This document shows positions 1-13,576 of a stretch of DNA of 64,000 nucleotides, piece by piece (position 1 is the first letter of the stretch; every line of letters begins with the position of its first letter). The position numbers and the translations under genes are program-made. Source of the stretch: Penicillus capitatus (Eukaryota; Plantae; Chlorophyta); contig OZ287694.1 in the NCBI GenBank assembly GCA_965649825.1, positions 929,197 to 993,196 of the forward strand, written 5' to 3'. The notes beneath the pieces are model-generated. The model saw only the letters and a list, made by a program, of their open reading frames with translations. It made no database searches and was not told where the DNA came from.

Positions 1-3000
1 GGATGACCGATCGCAGCACAGATCTGGGAGGATCGGTGTGTTGATCGAAGAGGCAGTCGACAGAGAGCGTCACTCCTGCAGTGGCAGCTCCGCTTACGAA
101 GTCTGCAGACACAGCAACCAGTCAGCAGCCGGATCTCGGATGTACACAACAAGCATACCTGCCCCGAATAGCAAGGAACGCATCCACGACGTCCAGTTCA
201 CGTTGATGATTGCAGCTGCAGCGATCACTTGGAGGAAGTTGATGCTGATCTACAACACAGAACAGGTCGAAGAAGAGAAGGCACGAAGGACGTTCATTGT
301 GCCTTGAAGATCTCGACGACAGTCCGCTTTGCAATAGTAGCTGGTGGGTCTGTCTTTGCAATAGTTGGGTCTGTAGTGGATGCACTCATCGTGGATCCGG
401 TTGCAAGCGGTTCTGGACGAACATCTTCAGGCTGCACCTCTGTGGTGTTCACCGTCTCCATTATCTCGAAGTTACCTGGAGTGTCAATTGACGGTCTTTT
501 CTTTGGAGGGACAAGGCGACGATTTCTTCGACTGATTCGAATCCTTGAATTCTGATTTTTCACCGGCTGAGTGTTCAGGTTGCTTCTGATTGCGAAACTG
601 GAGAGGATCAGCAACACACAAAGAGAGGCCACAAGAAGCAATACGGTTCCAGAATCGTGAAGGCACTTGCCACAATCAAACGACCAAGAACGTCCGTATC
701 CAGCATCGCATGAGCCACAGAGGAGACCTGTGTAGCCCTGAGGCAGAGAAAGCTCAGCAATTGGAATATCACTGTCGAAGCTCACTTCTTTGCATTGAGC
801 CTGAGAGTAGTCTCTGTCTAACGACGCGTCCAGTTCGCAGGTCTCCATTTCGCGCGTCGCGTCATCCAAATCCTCTTCACGGCCGCTGAAGTCACATGCC
901 TCTCGCGATACACATTGCTGAACATGTCGAGAGCAGGGCGTTCGATGCCAGTAGCCTGCATTAGGATGGATGACTTCGGTGGTGCAGTTTGCGTTCTCTG
1001 GACACGGTTGACACGTCGTTGCATCTGGATCGAAGTTGCACTGCGATCCGCTGCAAGGAACACAGAGCGTCCCGTTCTCCTGGGAAAACTCTCCCAGCTT
1101 GCAATCTCGAACTTGGACCTCGACAGTCAGCGATTCCAGTCCAGACTCGCTGAAGTTTATTTGGATCTCGTACCGGCCTGGACGCTGGAATCCTGTGATG
1201 GGCGGGAAGCCCTTCCGCATCTCGTTTACTGGCATGTTGATCTCTCCAGAGAACAAATCGTTCGGAGAATGCATGGTTGCCTGGACGAATGTGTCGCCTT
1301 CGCCGAGCGCAGGACTCTGTCCATACCCATCCAGGACCTCGACGAGAAGCGTTGGTAGGGAATCTCCGCTTCTGTGATTCTTGGAAACGAGTTCGTTGTT
1401 CTTTACCGGCTTCTCGGTCTTTGCTGCATCGTTGTTGCGTATGAATCCCCTGGCGGATCTGGCAGACGAGGCGATGTTTGGGCCGTATAGACCAGCCTCG
1501 TTTGTGGACCACTCCGGACAGATATCCTCGGCCGATTCCAGTGCGTCCAATTCTTTTAAAACATCTGTCGCATCGATCGCTGGAGGGACTTCTGTGTCTT
1601 TGGGAGAGCAAGAGTAACGAAGGACTGTTGGATCTTTCAGGAAAATGGCACCCCCTGACGTCTTTGCCTTATTCTTCGAAAACCTGCTGCCTGTTACCGC
1701 TACAAAGGTGCAGGGATCATGTGAATTCGTGCAACTCTGTCGACGACGATGAGTGGCAATGTGCACTGCACCTATAACATGATGACTCTCAGGAATTGTT
1801 TGCTTCTGAATTATTCTCACACCTCCAATACTGGCATTGTTGTCGTTGAATGTGCAGTTGTTTAGCTGCAGCGCAGGAGAGCGGGGCTCGGAGGAATCAA
1901 AGGCGATTGCTCCCCCCTTTTTTCCAGCCCGGTTTTTGTCGAAGGTGCATTTAGCACATAGTAAAATGGAAGAGACATTTGCAAAAATGGCCCCACCTGC
2001 CTTCTTCGCCACGCAATTAGAAATCTCGAGCACATTAGCACTGAGAGTCGACCCAGAAAGCCAAATGCTTCCGCCATTTTTCGTTTTGGTGTTTAGAAGC
2101 GATGTTTCCAGGATAATTAACGAGTTGTTCTGATTCGCGGCAATGGACCCGCCAGCCAGATTGGCCCTATCATATTCGAGAACAGACTTCGTTAGTTGCA
2201 GGCTTGAATTCTTCATAATGATGGATCCTCCAACCGTAGCCTTGTTTCTTCGAAAAGTACTCTCATTAACACACGCTTCTGACTCCTCAAGGAAAACAGC
2301 GCCTCCCTCTTTTGTCGCTGTGTTGTTCTCCAGAACAGAATCATGGAAGTGCACTCGAGTCTTCTGATCAATGTAAAGGCAACCTCCAATGTCAGCTCTG
2401 TTGTCTCGGAAAGAAGAATTTGTCGCATTGATGGTACTCGATACTGCTCCGAACAAGCATCCACCCTTTTGTATTGCTTCATTGTTTACGACAAATCCGC
2501 TCAGGATAATCATGTCCCCTTCATGGAGACGAACGGCGCCACCTACAGTTTCCGCACGATTGGATGACATCGTTGAATTTTCAAGAACAACTCTGCTCTT
2601 TCTGTAAACACCGATTCCTCCACCCTTTGTGGCACTGTTGGATTCGATGACGCTATTTGATAACTGCATCATTGTGAAGTCTGAAACATAAAGACCCCCG
2701 CTGTCCGGAGCAGAGTTGAATTGCAAGACAGAATCGGACAGATTGAACAATGTTTCGGCTGTGCAACTGATTCCTCCTCCGAATGCATCTGCATGGTTAC
2801 TGTGAATGGTCAGATTTGCGGCAGTCACGTTGCAGGTTGAAAAATCCATGCCTCCTCCCGAAACGGTGGCATTGTTCGATAGAAAGAGAGAATCCAAAAT
2901 TGCGGTTTCACTTCGAAAACAAGCAAGGCCAGCTCCATGGCCTAAGTGAGCTCTGTTCTCCCTGAATACCATGTTATCGATAACGATGACAGCTAATGTG

Positions 3001-5383
3001 ATAGTCATCCCGCCACCATAACCGGCATCATTTCGCGTTGTGGAACAGTTCTTCAGGTTGACAGTTGACTCCAGTACTGATATGCCTCCGCCGGAAAACT
3101 GTGCCGTGTTTCCAGTGAAGTGATCCTCGCTTATATTTGCCTTTCCATCTACAAGGTTCAAACCAGCACCGTATTCAGCCACATTCCTTAAGTAGTTGCA
3201 TCGGTGAGACGCGACACTGGAATTCTCTGCCATTACTGCTCCTCCTGTCCCTTGAGCGGTGTTTCCTGACCAGATGATATTTTCCAGATGTGCACTGCTT
3301 TCCTCCACGATATGGGCTCCAGCGCCATCAAGAGAAGCATTGTTACCCGAGAAAACGCATCGGCTTATTGCCAGACGTTCCGAGAATATGCAGTCGAGTC
3401 CTCCACCAGTCTTGGCGGAGTTATTGTTCACATTGCAGTTACGAAGTTCCATCTGGGGAGATGCTGAAAGGAAAATACCTCCTCCCTTGTCGAGCACAGA
3501 GTTTTCTGCGAAAGTTGTATCCACGATCTTGCTGTCCAGAACGCCATCGCAGTAAAGAGCACCTCCATTCCCTGCGCTATTCTTGGATAGAATGGATTTG
3601 CGGACAATGAGATCTCTGGATGTGAATACATATAGACAGCCACCATCTCTAGCTGTGTTGTTGTGGCATTGTACGACAGACAGCTTTGTCGAGTTGCTCG
3701 CTGTAAGAAAGATGGCTCCTCCTTTCCCTGAGGCAGTGTTGTTGTAGAAGACAGAGGAGAACAGCTTCAGCGTTCCGTTGAAGACCAGGAGGGATCCTGC
3801 ATCAACTACAGCGATGTTGTCTTGAAAATGACAACGGTCGATTGTCAGATTGCCATTAAAAGCGGCGACGGCGGCACCGGTTTCCGCAGAATTGAAAGTG
3901 AAGTTGCAGCCAGACACCGCGATAGTATTGGTGGAATTCGATAAAATCGCAGCTCCAAGGAGGCGATCGAAGTTCTTATGAAATGTGCTGTTAATGACAA
4001 TGACAGCTCGGGCTCGGTCCAGCAAGAGAGCGGATTGATTGGAGGTTCTGATGTCGGTATCCCTCATCTCCAGGCTGCCTTCGACGATATGGATGACAGA
4101 CAGTTCGTTCGAATGCGCTCTCAGACGATCGACTGAGGACGAAGATCCTGACGGGGACGACATAAGGGATGATGATGGCCTTCCTTCGGAGACGCGTCTG
4201 TTCCTCCTCAGCGTCAATCCTCTCAGATCGTTCTCCAGAGAGAGTCTGGCAAAGCACCGATCACGGCAGGTGTTGTCTGAGAAGGCGACGTCGATCATCT
4301 CCAAGGACGAGCAAGACGAACTGGAGAAGGAGAGACCACTGGCTCCGTCAAGCGAGTTTCGTCTGAACGCCACGTGATGGAGCCTGATCAATCCCGGAGA
4401 GCTGTCCGGCAAGCAGTCGCCGACCTCGACGATGGAGGCATCATCTCCGTCCAACGAGCAGCCCCGAAAGACGAGATTGGCCAGGAGTACACTTTGAGAC
4501 CTGCAGAAGACTAACGGTCAGTCACATCGCCAATCACGCATTTGCTTTTACCTGATGTGAAAGATCCCATCCTTCGGCGGACATCTGAGTCGGACCTTTC
4601 TCTCTGCCTCCGGGAATGTACCATCAGCGAGCTCGGTTGATGTGACGTAGGAACTCAGAGTGAGATTCCAAGGCACTGTGACTCTGGCAGGCACTCGTAT
4701 GTCGTCCTCGACGTCCAGAAGAACGACATCGTTCTCTCTTGTGCAGTTGACGATGGTACCAAGATCATCGGATACGCCTTCCAGTGCCGCCGAGTCCACC
4801 AACCATGTCCTCGTCTCTTCGTCCAACAGCTCTGCTATCTCTTGTCGTGTCAGCTGACACGCCACATCTGTCCACGCCAGACACAGTTGGACTATGGTTT
4901 CAGAACAGCTTCTCCCTTACCTTCGGTATCAGGGCCGCGGGATCTTCTCTGCGCCAAACCACGAGTAGGAGGGTGAGCCTAAGAACAGTCATGCTTAACA
5001 GATATGATGAGAGATAAGAAATGGTTCAGGTTTTACAACATACCTTAGCTATCTGAGAGAGTCCGGCCTCCTGTCGGTTCCACTCAGGAAAACGTTCAAT
5101 ACGATTTTCTAGAAAACGCGTAAATAATTAATGTCCATTTAACCGATGAGTGAAAACGCGATACACCAAACACAAAGGAACAAGGATCAAAACCTCGTCA
5201 AGCTGCCTGTAGTATTCTGACGCGACATTTAGTTGACTCACCTGGTGGAGTATGAGGCTGTGCGGAAGCGACACGCATCTCTTCTTCTTCGGCCAGGGCA
5301 ATGACTTGCGCGAATATGAGGAGAACGAAGCACAGAAATTTTGCTGCAGTACGTCCATGTGTTCTTCTTGCCGCAGAGCACAT
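1..5383 (-). CDS. Giant secreted/membrane protein A: signal peptide, Pmp-like right-handed beta-helix repeats, Cys-rich (GCC2/GCC3-like) region, multi-pass TM C-terminus; multi-exon, 3' end runs off the window
   Basis: ATG 5383 gives MCSAARR...KFLCFVLLIFAQVIALA (signal peptide). Exons join via ORFs 4548-4865 and 294-4454. Many GGA(I/L/V) and FxxN motifs and a CVPCSGSQCNFDPDATTCQPCPENANC Cys-rich block. Exons at 249-~155 (ISINFLQVIAAAAIINVNWTSW) and ~102-1 (DFVSGAATAGVTLSVDCLFD) match the paralog at 15.8-17 kb. Confidence 0.85.
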
Positions 5384-7238
5384 CTCTCTCAAATCTCTCT
5401 GTCAACTTCGTGGTCGTGCCTTGTTATGCAAAGAAAAATAAGATGCGCCGAGTATTTTCTTGTGATTTTTTGCCTCGACTTTGCTTGTCAACGTGTCTGT
5501 TTCGCACAAAGCCCAAACAAAGCTACAAGCGCGAAAGCGCATTCGACTTCAGCGTTTAAAAACTTACTTCGGATGAAGCTTCGGGTCAGCGGACGACAGA
5601 CCAAATAGTATAGAAATTGAGAGGCAGCGACGAGAGAATTGGCTGAGAGATTATGCATGCGATCAAGTCTGACGGACAAAATCTTACTTCATTTGTCGAG
5701 ATCTTTTGTCGTTGAATCTGCAACAAAGCATAGTCGCTCACGACATTCCTCGGGCCACTGCGAGAATAAAGAAGAACCACGGCAAACGCATGTCTTCTTT
5801 TTTTCATGTGTATCAGTGAACGTTGTTCAGATAATGGTTACTGTCGTTATTCTCGTCTCCTATATTACCTACCCAAGCAGTGCGTGGAATGGCATCGACG
5901 CACTCATACGAGGCTGAAAAAGGCGTTCACAGAAGGTAAAGTTTTTTCCATTATCCTCTGAATTGCTTAGTTTGCCACAGCGAGGGTTTAATTTGGCTCT
6001 TTGGAATGGGTCACCGTAGAACGACCAGTAGTAAGCGACGAAACTCGACTTGGTTATACTTCGGACATATAACGCGTGGGACGTTCGGAACTTGGTTCTA
6101 GGCTCGCACTGTAGAAGTACGGGCTTCGCTTCGTTATCACGCGTAACGCGAAAACTGCACGAGAAGGCACGTGGATAGCTATCCTTGCCTCGATTTGTGT
6201 CTTGTTCACAACTCTTTGTACTGTGTCGTACTTTTTGCGTCACATCGACGTGGCGTCAACGACATCAGTTTTTCACCTAAATCCCTTTCTTTCGGGTCTG
6301 AACGTCGTTTTTCAGGACGGACGAGCATTTCTAAGGAGCTCAGTTCGTATTTCGCGTCTGGATAATTGCAACCTGTTAATCCATCTCCTATTCAGTTGCT
6401 CAAGCAGATACAATTAATAAATGGAACACTCTGTCTCTTGCGAGAATGTCCCGATAACAAAGACGAAGCGCGTAACAGAACACCTAAAAGAAGAATCCAA
6501 TGTCCTGCACTGCGAAGAACGGTTCAAACAACCGACCTTCTGCGTGTTGTGAATTCTAGATATTGCCTCGAAAATTAGGGGCGCGGTTCTTTAAGAGACA
6601 CTTTAGTCATGCATAGGATGCAGAAGATCCGAACATCCATTCCATCTAGAGGACTTTCTCTTCTTCCCGTATGTTGATGTTTCCATGTACTTGGCACAGG
6701 ATTGTGTTAGCCGACGACGACACCGTTCGTGGCTTTGATGTGGAGATAGAAACGCGACCGCTTGTGTACACACGGCCAAACTGCACGTTTAAAAACGAGT
6801 AGCCAATCGGTCGCCTTAACCCACGTATTAAAAATACATTCTGTCTTGTTAGTTGCAAGACACGAATCGCGAGTCTTGCGCACAGAAGACGTGGTGCTCA
6901 GTCAGACACGTTATTAACCACATATTGAAGCAAGTGAAAGGAAAGGCAGCTCAAACAACAAAGGAAACTTGTGGAGTGGCTTCGCGTGTGCGAGGCCGTG
7001 TCATCCATTGTGTGGCTCGTAGGTGATCTTCAATTTTTCATTTAACAGGCAGCTGTCTAGCAACTATGCATACGAGGCACAAACACCGCGAAGTTCACAG
7101 TAGAGAAGACACTGCCCTGAATCCCTCCCAAAAATCCCTACTACCCTGCTTCAGTATTTAAACCAACCCCTTCTATCTCTTCAAGGCATTTTCTTGATAC
7201 AAATCGCGAAGTCATTCAGAAAGGTTTCTCTTCCCGTC

Positions 7239-8170
7239 ATGTCGACTTTGATCACCAAACGCTATGTCTTTTGCCTCGTACGTCCCACGAATGCTGCACT
7301 CCTCAGTCTTTATATTCGACTATTCTTTTTTGTCTGTCGCAGATCGTCGTATGGTGTTTTGTTTTATGCGATGGTAAGTGTCCGAAACGTGAAAATCGTT
7401 CTCGTGTCTGAAATAATGTGTTTACGCAGCGTCGCGTGTTGTCAAGAGAAACAATGAGAGAGGCGATGATATCCGCGGAACGACACTAGAAGCCGGATCA
7501 ACGGGAAGAAGACATCTTTTAGGAAACAACAGAGTGTGGCATCTCCCACCTCCTCCCGTTCGCCATCCTGCCGCTGTCGATGCCGTAGCTTCCCCTCCCA
7601 TTCGACCTCCAAGTGGTCCTCCTGCCGCTGTCGATGCCGTAGCGGAGGCGAATGTCACTGCGAAAGCTTCCCCTCCTATTCGACCTCCAAGTGGTCCTCC
7701 TGCCGCTGTCGATGCCGTAGCTTCCCCTCCCATTCGACCTCCAAGTGGTCCTCCTGCAGCTGTCGATGCCGTAGCTTCCCCTCCCATTCGACCTCCAAGT
7801 GGTCCTCCTGCCACTCGTGGAGCCAGTTTCGGTGAGTTCTTCGCCAAATGCCTCGGCAGTTCATCGGGCACTTTCTAGGGAAAGGCGATGGTTGTGTCGT
7901 TCGTTCCAATATTGGTCATTTGTGCGTCGATCCCCCATCATCCTCGACAGCGCTAAAGCAGTACGTCGATGGAGCAGGCTACGGGGACGATGTGGTCCAT
8001 ACGGTGAGCGTTCTCTTTACTCTGGGAGTACCTTTCAAAATTGAAACAAACGGAGTCAAATTCGTGTTGCCCAACATGCCAGTCTGTGAATCTTCCGCAA
8101 ATGTAAGGAAGTCGCTCTCTACAGACACAATGTCTTGAGAACCGTTGTCTAGGTCACGACACGTGGGTAA
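7239..8170 (+). CDS. Secreted Pro-rich protein 1 of an unnamed family (signal peptide, RRHLL motif, SPPIRPPSGPP repeats, novel Cys domain)
   Basis: Spliced model: exons 7239-7277, 7343-7373, 7430-7831, 7879-8102, 8153-8170. All introns are GT-AG, 47-65 nt, and frame-compatible. Protein: MSTLITKRYVFCLIVVWCFVLCDA...GRRHLL...CVVRSNIGHLCVDP...LFTLGVPFKIETNGVKF. Confidence 0.75.
7566..7810 (+). repeat. 54-bp coding minisatellite (PPSGPPAAVDAVASPPIR), about 4.5 copies, one with a 24-bp insertion (EANVTAKA)
   Basis: Near-identical unit cctccaagtggtcctcctgccgctgtcgatgccgtagcttcccctcccattcga, read directly. Confidence 0.9.
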
Positions 8171-9242
8171 GATGAAGTCACGCATTCGAGCTGGACTCTT
8201 TCCAGTGTTTGGTTGGTTGGTCTTGATCGCTCGAATAGCAAACCTAACGAATGCTTACCCCTCTATATTCATGTCCCATGGTGTTTTTTGTTTTTCGGGC
8301 TTTTTCGAAGGAAAGAAAAACTTCGTCTATGATGGATGTTACATGAGATGTGCTTTTTTCCTATTTGTTGCCTTCTCTGCTTTTAGGATGCGACAACGGT
8401 CTGTGTCCTTATCACCTGTTTGGATTTAGAAACAAGCTTTGCATGGAATTAGTCGCAGAATCTGATGAACGATTCTGTGGCGTCTATTGCATTTTTGACT
8501 CTTGAAACCTTGATGATCACGAACTCGAAGAGTTATGTGATGTAAGCAAGGTCTTAGTGGGTTGGCTAAAAAGGCATAGCACGTTAGAAACCGCTCCTGC
8601 TTCTCATGCAAATCCCAAATGGCGTCTTCTTCGCTGACGTCCAACTGCACGTGCTGCAACACGACGAACGCGAATGAGGAAATCTGAGTGAGATGTACCT
8701 AAGCTATTGTCCACAGAACTGTGATCAGGTACTTTTGTTCACGAGGTTACTCATCTGAACGGATGCGATGGTATATGTCAGACCGTTGGGTGCCTCGACG
8801 ATCTTAGTACAGTAAGAGACTCTGTTTTGCTTTGTCCATAAGAGGAGTACATTTTTTGGAGAGACCAACAGCAGAAAACTGGTTCCTCTTTTCAACAACA
8901 TGACTTCCAGTCTGCACGAATTCGCAGATGTCTGCTGACAACAGAGAAGCAAAGTCCATACAGACTAACGAGAGGACCTATCTGTCCAATGCAAACCTAA
9001 GTCCAGTTACTGCCTCTTGTCACCGACCGGCTATTTCCAATGGACGCGTCGAGTGAACGAGCGGCTTTGAAATCTCTGTAAAGTAACGATACAGTGTCCG
9101 TCTGCACCGCTTCGTCGCTCTGTCCGTTGCATTCCCTTGCTATTCAGGTCGAATGCAAAACGCTTTTGTGGTGCGCATTCATCGAATCGTTGTTCTTTCT
9201 GCTTAGAAACAGGCAACGTCTGTCGTACAGACCACGTTATTA

Positions 9243-9306
9243 TTGGAGAAGTGCCCCCATCACGTTGGAGAACTACCCCTTCGCGTTAGAGAAGTGCCCC
9301 GTCGCA
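9243..9306. repeat. Degenerate 21-22 bp tandem repeat, 3 copies, intergenic
   Basis: ttggagaagtgcccccatcacg / ttggagaactaccccttcgcg / ttagagaagtgccccgtcgca. Confidence 0.6.
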
Positions 9307-9628
9307 TTGTGGACCGATCCATAGGAGAGAGGCTGAAATCTAGCGTCTCATGCTCACCGAGGCATCGACTATGCGCCGATCGGTGACGACAACTGCGTCA
9401 AAACTCCCTCGAAGATACAGACGTCCAAGTTCCTCGAGCTTCGCACTGTACACGGTACGCAGAACACACGGTGATGATTTATCCATCGTCCGTCTTGATG
9501 GTCGGCACATTCATTTTAACAAACAAATCCCGACGGAGAACACATATGACATAGCACTTCCACAAACACACCGTTTTCACCGGTTCATCAACAAAAAAAC
9601 GGATTGGTTTCAAACTTAGGTACACCTA

Positions 9629-11230
9629 TCAACAGCCTACCCCATTGACAACCGTCACTATGTGCTTATTTGACATGCCAGGATGATGAATAGCAGTAAA
9701 GCGTTTGTAAAGTTTCGATCCTGTAAAGATTTTGAGCGCCGGGGGTCGGTGCCCCATCCCGTCGAGCACACTTGTCACCAATCGGTAGGAAATGACTGTC
9801 TCCACCCACAAAGCATCCAAATCAAAAAGACGTGAAACAAAGTGCGGCCTTGGCAATCGACTTGTGGCAGCCAGAATAATCGATCCAAAAATACCAAGCT
9901 CCTTTAGCTCTGTCAGATGATTTAAAGTGGCGAGGCGTTCCAGAGCAAACAGTTTATGAAGAGAATTCCCCCCTTGCAGCTTGATCCCGAGAACTTGTAG
10001 TTTTCTGAGCTGCGATAGACCGACAAGAATAGAAGGTATCAAATCGTAGGGAACAGATCCGACGGTCAGTACCGTCAGATGGGGCAGTGTACCGTGGTTC
10101 AGTGAATCTTTCAAAAAACCAATAATCTCGCGAAAATTATTCAGCTTTAGGTGCATTCTCTCGAGCTGCTTCAGCGACGAGAACCAAGAAAAGTTGACCA
10201 CAGTACAAGAGACGAGATTCAATTGCGTAAGAGACGTCAGGTAATTCAGTGTAGCACTGTCGATTTTGAACTTCTTCAATTTGAGTGTCTTCAGTGGGGC
10301 AGGTCCCTGAACGAAGATATCAGCTGTGCCCCGGCGGATTCCTTGATAGTCAATTTCCAATGAATCCAACTTGGACATCAACGGCAAAAAGGCTTGAGGC
10401 TCGACGGTTTGCCCAGGATAGACGGTAAACGAGAGGTGTTTGAGCTTGGAAATATTCGTCAAAGATTCCCAGTCAAATCCACGAGGAGCGTCAGGAAGTT
10501 GCAGAGAGACCAAGGAGGAAAGACCTCGAAGAATACTGGCATAGTACAACGACGTTTCCGTCCATCGGAGATGCAGTGTGTCTAATGATCTCAACATCGA
10601 CAGATCGTCCAGCGTCGCAGGAGTAGACAGTGTGACATCAAGAGTCTGTAACGTAGGTAGGTGCGTCATGATGGAGTACAGTTCAGCGCCGTCACATGTG
10701 ATCGACAGCGCCTTTAAAGACAGACAGGTAAGCTTCGATAGGAAGCTCTTGATACCCAAACCGCATGCGTCGATTCTGAGAGCCGTCAAACATGTGAGAG
10801 GGACAAGGCAGTTGATATCGGCGTCGTCCAGTTCGTTTTCGCTCAGCGACAGTCTTCTCAGCGATGAGAGTTGAGCAATGATGTTGCACAACGGCTCAGA
10901 ATCGTCGACCGTCCAATTGAAGTCTGTCGTGTCCAGATGTGTCATCCTTTGAAACTGAAGCAGGGAATTCGGTTTCACCGACGATAAACCGCTGCGCATG
11001 CGCGGCTGTATGGTCAGAATACTTTCGTTTAGGCGCTGCTTCCAGTGTTTATTCAGTAGTCGCAGCGAAGGACCGTCGCGTTGCCATCGTTTCGTCTTCT
11101 GCAGCTGTTCGACGACGAGGTCGATGGCAAACGCTTCAGCCGAATCCCAGACGCCTGGAAGGAGAGGCTGGACACGTCGTGGCATGGTCACTAGGTCAGG
11201 ATGTGACACAAATTGTATCGCAGACGGCAA
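9629..11230 (-). CDS. Intronless leucine-rich repeat protein (RNI-like LRRs, F-box-like N-terminal segment)
   Basis: 533-aa ORF with repeated LxxLxxLxL motifs (LSSLRRLSLSEN, LPTLQTLDVT, LTSLTQLNLVSC) and SLRLLNKHW near the N-terminus. Confidence 0.8.
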   Translation of the reverse strand: MPSAIQFVSHPDLVTMPRRVQPLLPGVWDSAEAFAIDLVVEQLQKTKRWQRDGPSLRLLNKHWKQRLNESILTIQPRMRSGLSSVKPNSLLQFQRMTHLDTTDFNWTVDDSEPLCNIIAQLSSLRRLSLSENELDDADINCLVPLTCLTALRIDACGLGIKSFLSKLTCLSLKALSITCDGAELYSIMTHLPTLQTLDVTLSTPATLDDLSMLRSLDTLHLRWTETSLYYASILRGLSSLVSLQLPDAPRGFDWESLTNISKLKHLSFTVYPGQTVEPQAFLPLMSKLDSLEIDYQGIRRGTADIFVQGPAPLKTLKLKKFKIDSATLNYLTSLTQLNLVSCTVVNFSWFSSLKQLERMHLKLNNFREIIGFLKDSLNHGTLPHLTVLTVGSVPYDLIPSILVGLSQLRKLQVLGIKLQGGNSLHKLFALERLATLNHLTELKELGIFGSIILAATSRLPRPHFVSRLFDLDALWVETVISYRLVTSVLDGMGHRPPALKIFTGSKLYKRFTAIHHPGMSNKHIVTVVNGVGC

Positions 11231-12912
11231 AGCTGTCTGCGGTCAGCGACAATGCACGGTCACTTCCTTCACATGCAAAGCCTTCAGAATAATGTACAAC
11301 GACTGACCACTCTGACAATGTTACTCGGTGGACAAACCGAACGCCAACTGCTTAAGTGGGTGGAATACAAACAAAAAAGGTGTCGTCGGCAGGAGAACTG
11401 CTCGACGGCGAACACGGTTTCTTGAAAATTGAAAAGGCGAACGGACGGACTGTAGGTTTAGCAAGAAACGACCGAAAATTCAAACGGGAAAGCATTTTTG
11501 TCTAATATAAGAGCTGTACCGGTGAATACATTGGAGAAATCGACGCCTTCTGTGCAGAAACTGAGCTACTGCCAAAATAGATGCAATAAGTGGTTTGCTC
11601 GGCATACGACACCGGACATCAGATCAGCATTGGAACGAAGTTGCGTTGATGATGCGATTCTTTCTTTTCATTTCCATGCTCAACATGTGATCCGAATCTC
11701 AACAGAGAAGTATTGAGACAAGTCGATATCCCTTCCCTTTAGATACCAAATATAGTCAGTCGATTGCAAAGATGTGTTTCGGTGTTTCCATGGATAGCAA
11801 ACGAAGTATGTGGACAGCAAGAAGAGGTGTGTCGTTTCTGAGTTCATTATCAGGATCGAGCAGATGCGATCGTGAACCTTTGTTCACCGTAACATTACAC
11901 TCGAGAGGTGTGTTTTTCAACACTCTCTCCTACTTGACCACCATTCCGATGATGAACCGATGAACAAACCTTACCGCAATTCGTACTGTATCTCTTGTGA
12001 AAAGAAAAGAAATGCAGAATGAGCGAGCGACATAGAGTTACACTGACGGATGTAATTGTCCCCTAAGCAGCGGGACAGGAGCATAGATGATTCGCTTCAA
12101 GGCGAAGAATGCACAGCCAGACGCAAAGCACGTCTGGAAAGAAGGGTGTCCGGCAAAAACAGCTAATGGAACAGACGGTGAGCGACAGGACAGCTCAAAG
12201 TGCTTCATGCATCTAGGGCGGCGACACAATTTCAGAATGCTACTACTGAATTTGCTGCATCCCGTCTATCCTCTCCATTAACCCGTTGACACCCCTGCAT
12301 GGTGACCCGAACAAAGATGATCCGTGGGACATAAACAAGGACCTCGATCATCATAACGAACACAGGGCTCGAGGTATCTTTTGTGTTCTTAATTACGAGT
12401 GCTAGGCAGTGATAACTGCATCTACCAGGTGGCAAATATCTGACGGCACGAATGCCGAGAGTATCATGTTATGCTCCTACATAACTCTCAGCAGATTCAT
12501 AACGCTTCCATCACGTGACCTGTACATCCTGCCACGGCAAAAAAAACCATGACAGCATCCTTAACGAGATGGTCGGAAGCAGAGAAGAACTTCAGAATCT
12601 TAGCGACATTGACGTGTAGCCTTGCAACAGACACGTTTGACGGACGTAAAGACTGGGTCGATTCACTGCCACGTGTCTCGCAGCTTAACGTTGAGCTTCG
12701 TCTAAGATGACAAGACCCTAGTAACGACCCTGCAGTACGGCTTCTTGTGAATTCATAGGTTTTTGGAATCTACGACGAATGGTGCTGCCATTTCGCGGGG
12801 TATTTGAGGATTAGCTAAACATCGCCACGTGTAATGAAAGTTTTTCGCGGCGAAAACAGCCAAAGAAGTTTATCGTCGAACGAGACGAACAAACAACCGT
12901 TCGTTCGCAGTC

Positions 12913-13576
12913 ATGTCGGCTTTCACAAAATACATCTTTGTGAGTCATCTTCCTCCCTCCCGCTGTGCTCTAGACGTTAACTGGCGTGTGGTTGTCCAGG
13001 TCACCGTTTGCTGCCTCGTTCTCTGTAGTGGTAGATTGCAACCAAAAGTGCTTCAGTAGAGAACGGGTTGTGTGTTCGTCTAGCGTCGTCGGATTTTGAG
13101 AGAAGCGCTGCTGCGAATAAAGTTTTCATTAGTGAGACGACACCGAAGACTCTGTCTTTGAACAGACGCTTGCAGCAGAACAGAGAATACTTCGTTCCTT
13201 TTCCTCAAGCGGATCCTGCGTTACCGGTTGTCTCTCCGGTTCCGGGGTGCATTCGTCAGAGCAGTGTTGGATTGTGTATTTTGCCGAGAGCACAGCCGGA
13301 ACAAGTATTGATCTTTGCGGAAGGACAGTTGGATGAGAAAACAGCATTTGTGATCGGCATTCTCCTCGATCTGGGAGTGAATTTTACGATCGAGGATGAC
13401 GGGATCACTTTTAGATTGACCAACCGTGCATCGTGCACTATTTCGACATCCGTAAGTGTCGATTGTCGTCGTTGTATAGCAATGGTAGAGAATTGTATGT
13501 TTAGGATTCGGGCGGCGGCAGTCGCGTTTCTGTCAGAACGACGGCCATTGCAACATCTACCGGTCTCGGTGGTTGA
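12913..13576 (+). CDS. Secreted protein 2 of the unnamed family (signal peptide, RRLQQ motif, novel Cys domain)
   Basis: Exons 12913-12939, 13000-13030, 13084-13451, 13505-13576. Protein: MSAFTKYIFVTVCCLVLCSA...LNRRLQQ...CIRQSSVGLCILP...LLDLGVNFTIEDDGITF. Last exon is less certain. Confidence 0.7.

Noticed and set aside
5869-6243. 124-aa minus-strand ORF with a possible Cys-containing exon
   Set aside because: No start, splice chain or homology could be established by eye.
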